The notes below the pieces were generated by a model, which was not told the origin of the DNA, searched no databases, and saw only the letters and a list, made by a program, of their open reading frames with translations. Shown one piece after another: positions 22,259 through 24,919 of a DNA stretch of 24,919 nucleotides (positions within the stretch are counted from its first letter, which is position 1; each line of letters begins with the position of its first letter). Source of the stretch: Octopus sinensis (lineage: Eukaryota); NCBI RefSeq assembly GCF_006345805.1, contig NW_021836269.1, positions 1-24,919 of the forward strand. The letters are read 5' to 3'. The position numbers were made by a program, and so were the translations under genes.

Positions 22259-22445
22259 GACAAAGACAAGCGCAGGAACAATAAGCAAGTGTATTAGTTT
22301 GACGATCCGGAAAAATGGAAAAGTCTTTTACGTTTCGAGCCTATGCTCTTCAACAGAAAGAATTAAGAGGAACAAAATAGAGAGAGAATGAAAAACAAAA
22401 CGGAGAAAGAAAAACTGTGTAGAGGTCAGCGGTCCAACATGGCGG
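22259..22445 (-). mobile_element. Hammerhead-bearing repeat, copy C
   Basis: Homologous to 13158-13320; both end in catggcg on the + strand. Confidence 0.7.
22324..22361 (-). ncRNA. Minimal hammerhead candidate, U6 variant, copy C
   Basis: Minus strand reads UCUUU CUGUUGA A GAGC AUAG GCUC GAAAC GUA AAAGA. Confidence 0.65.
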
Positions 22446-22510
22446 GATGACTCAGTTTGATCCTGCGTGACCAAAATTCCTACCCTATTCGACTTGCATC
22501 TTAACTACTT

Positions 22511-22554
22511 CCCGGACTTTTCCTTGTCCACATGTGGACAAGGAGAAGTCCGGG
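22511..22554. repeat. 44-bp loopless palindrome (1 mismatch)
   Basis: cccggacttttccttgtccaca|tgtggacaaggagaagtccggg. Confidence 0.95.
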
Positions 22555-22670
22555 TGTATGGTTTGTGGACCTCTCCTTGTCCACATACCAGTACTTCACC
22601 CGGATAACCACTGGATCTTCATACTCTTCCGGACTCAACATTCACGGATCCTACTGGCTATTTTCGTTGA

Positions 22671-22672
22671 TG

Positions 22673-22704
<32 letters not shown>

Positions 22705-23140
22705 TGTATGTATGTATGTATGTATGTATGTATGTATGTATGTAGGTACGTACGTACGTATGTATGTATGTAGGTAGGTAGGTGTGTATGTATGTATGTA
22801 TCTACGTATGTATGTATGCATGAATGTATGTACGTATATATGTATGTATGCATGTATGTATGTGTGTGTATGTATGTATGTATGTATGTATGTATGTATG
22901 TACGTATGTATGTATCTACGTTCGTACGTAGGTGTGTATGTATGTATGTATGTAGGTAGGTGTGTATGTATGTATGTATGTATGTAGGTAGGTGTGTATG
23001 TATGTATGTATGTATGATGTATGTATGTATGTATGTATGTATGTATGTATGTATGTATGTATGTATGTACGTACGTATGTATGTATGTACGTACGTTACG
23101 TACGTATGTATGTAGGTGTGTATGTGTATGTATATATGTG
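22671..23140. repeat. (TATG)n microsatellite, imperfect
   Basis: Seen directly. Confidence 0.95.
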
Positions 23141-24104
23141 CGTGTGTATGTTTATGTACGCACGCGAGTTTTAAGTGAAACACAGCACACCTGTTAGACC
23201 ACTGACCAGTAATGAAAACTGCTAAAGAATTTTACAAAAAAAAAGAATTTGCATACATACACATACGCATGCACATACGAACGCACACAGACGAACGCAC
23301 ACCACACAACACACACACACACGCACACACATACACATACGCCTGCACACAAGCTTATACACACACATATATTTTCTAAGATTCGTTGGAAATGAATTTC
23401 TAAACACATGCTACCAGACATGTTTAAAAAAAACAAAACAAATAAAAAACCGATTTTTTAAAAAATCAACATAAATTAACATAATTTAATAAAGTCTAAC
23501 ATAGTAAACAACTTCAGGCGAATACATTAAGACAGACATAGTTTATACTGGTAGGTGTAAGACAGGTTTATTTTTTTATCTGTTTACCTCCAGCTGTTTT
23601 TAATTTAGTTAGGTATATCGCAGTATTTACGTATGTGTGTGTGCTTATCATGTTTGGATGTATCTATCTACCTATGCATATATTATGTGTATGTTTGTGG
23701 TGTGTGTGTGTGTCTCTCTCTCTCTCTATATATATGTATATATATATATATATAACACAAAACCGTTAGATTCACTTCAACATTTAAATTTAATTTATCA
23801 AAATATTTTCGTCGCTTTAAGACCACAACCTGTTAATGGGAGAAGAACGCAAAACATCTAGACAGTTAGATGATACAAAAAAGGGACAAGAAAAAACAAG
23901 CACGGGTCATTCGGAATTTTTTCCCTCTGTCCAGTTCCAGATTATCTTTGCAATTTCGGTTGGTTATACTCGAGATTGCTCCAATCTGGCTGGCTCCAAG
24001 GAAAAACTAAGCTAAGTGCATTAGATTCCTTGGAAGAATACCGACAATATATACATATATATACGTACACATACGCGCACACTCGCACTCACACACATAC
24101 ACAC

Positions 24105-24174
<70 letters not shown>

Positions 24175-24669
24175 GATACCAGGAACCGAAAAGAAGGTTG
24201 CCGACTGAGATGACGGTCATATGAACATAATTATTAAATGTTTCATGTATACACAGTCTTATTTCTTGTATGCTGGCATTAGAACCGATGTTTTATTTTT
24301 TAATGATCTTCTGAAAACAAATGATTATAATTTGGTTAAAATGGTATTGTGGATAATAACAGAAATTTACGGAGAAAAACAGGCTGTAGTTATTTGTGAT
24401 TGGTGTACCGTGTTTACAACTATTAAAACAACCTAGTTATGTAAAATATCGTCGCGTAAGATAGCAGATGATAAATATCGATGAGTGAAGACTAATGGAA
24501 TTAAGTCTTATATACAACTCTTATAGACACAGTGTATCTTGGGTTCTCGACCAGGTTTCTGTTGGTTGCGGCTTTCCCTTTATCCGGTCAGGTGGTGTTG
24601 GGTCTTTTCTCATGTCTTTTATGAGTGTTCTGCCAGAGCATAATTTTCAGATTTTTCCTTTTTTATATA

Positions 24670-24919
24670 TTCGGGCCAACAAAAGCCTTGTGAGTGGTTT
24701 TGCTAGACGGAAAGTGAAAACCCGTCGTATGTATATAATATATATATATATATATAATATATATATATATGCTACATACATACACACACACACACACATA
24801 TATATATGTGTGGTGTGTGTGTTGTTTGTGTATGTATTTGTCCCTCTCACCATCGCTTGACAAGCGATGTTGGTGTGTTTACGTCCCCGTAACTAGCAGT
24901 TCGGCAAAAAAAGACCAAT
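24670..24919 (+). mobile_element. CORE-like SINE, headless, running off the window end
   Basis: aagccttgtgagtgg..tagacggaaa..cccgtcgtat, internal (TA)(CA) repeat, then cgcttgacaa..gtgtttacgtccccgtaact; reverse complement of 18775-18970. Confidence 0.85.

Noticed and set aside
23795-23845. Minus-strand CGAC-GAAAAUAUUUU (palindromic stem III-like)
   Set aside because: No CUGANGA-like core or stem II partner in this copy.
293-24863. Most ORFs in the six-frame track (MYVC, HTYI, IYIY, poly-I/N/H/D)
   Set aside because: They are translations of di-, tri- and tetranucleotide repeats that lack stops in some frames; no domain content.

Overview
AT-rich, microsatellite-saturated eukaryotic DNA. From recalled repeat families it best fits an octopus (cephalopod) intergenic or intronic region; this was not database-checked. 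I find no host gene exon. Almost all ORFs in the track are translations of simple repeats; the only real protein homology is in decayed fragments of R4/Dong-type non-LTR retrotransposons (RT thumb, C-X2-C-X8-H-X4-C knuckle, restriction-like endonuclease). Other content: tRNA-derived SINEs of three kinds and two degenerate minisatellites. Two patterns stand out. (1) Five candidate minimal hammerhead ribozymes of the Penelope-like-element (PLE) type occur in three sequence families; one three-copy family has U at core position 6 and a freely varying position 7. (2) R4/Dong fragments and a three-copy, about 530-bp non-coding element sit in co-oriented trains inside (AAT)n tracts. That element has a fixed 3' end and staggered 5' truncations, suggesting a non-autonomous, microsatellite-targeted retroelement. 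Ribozyme activity and mobility are inferences and are untested.
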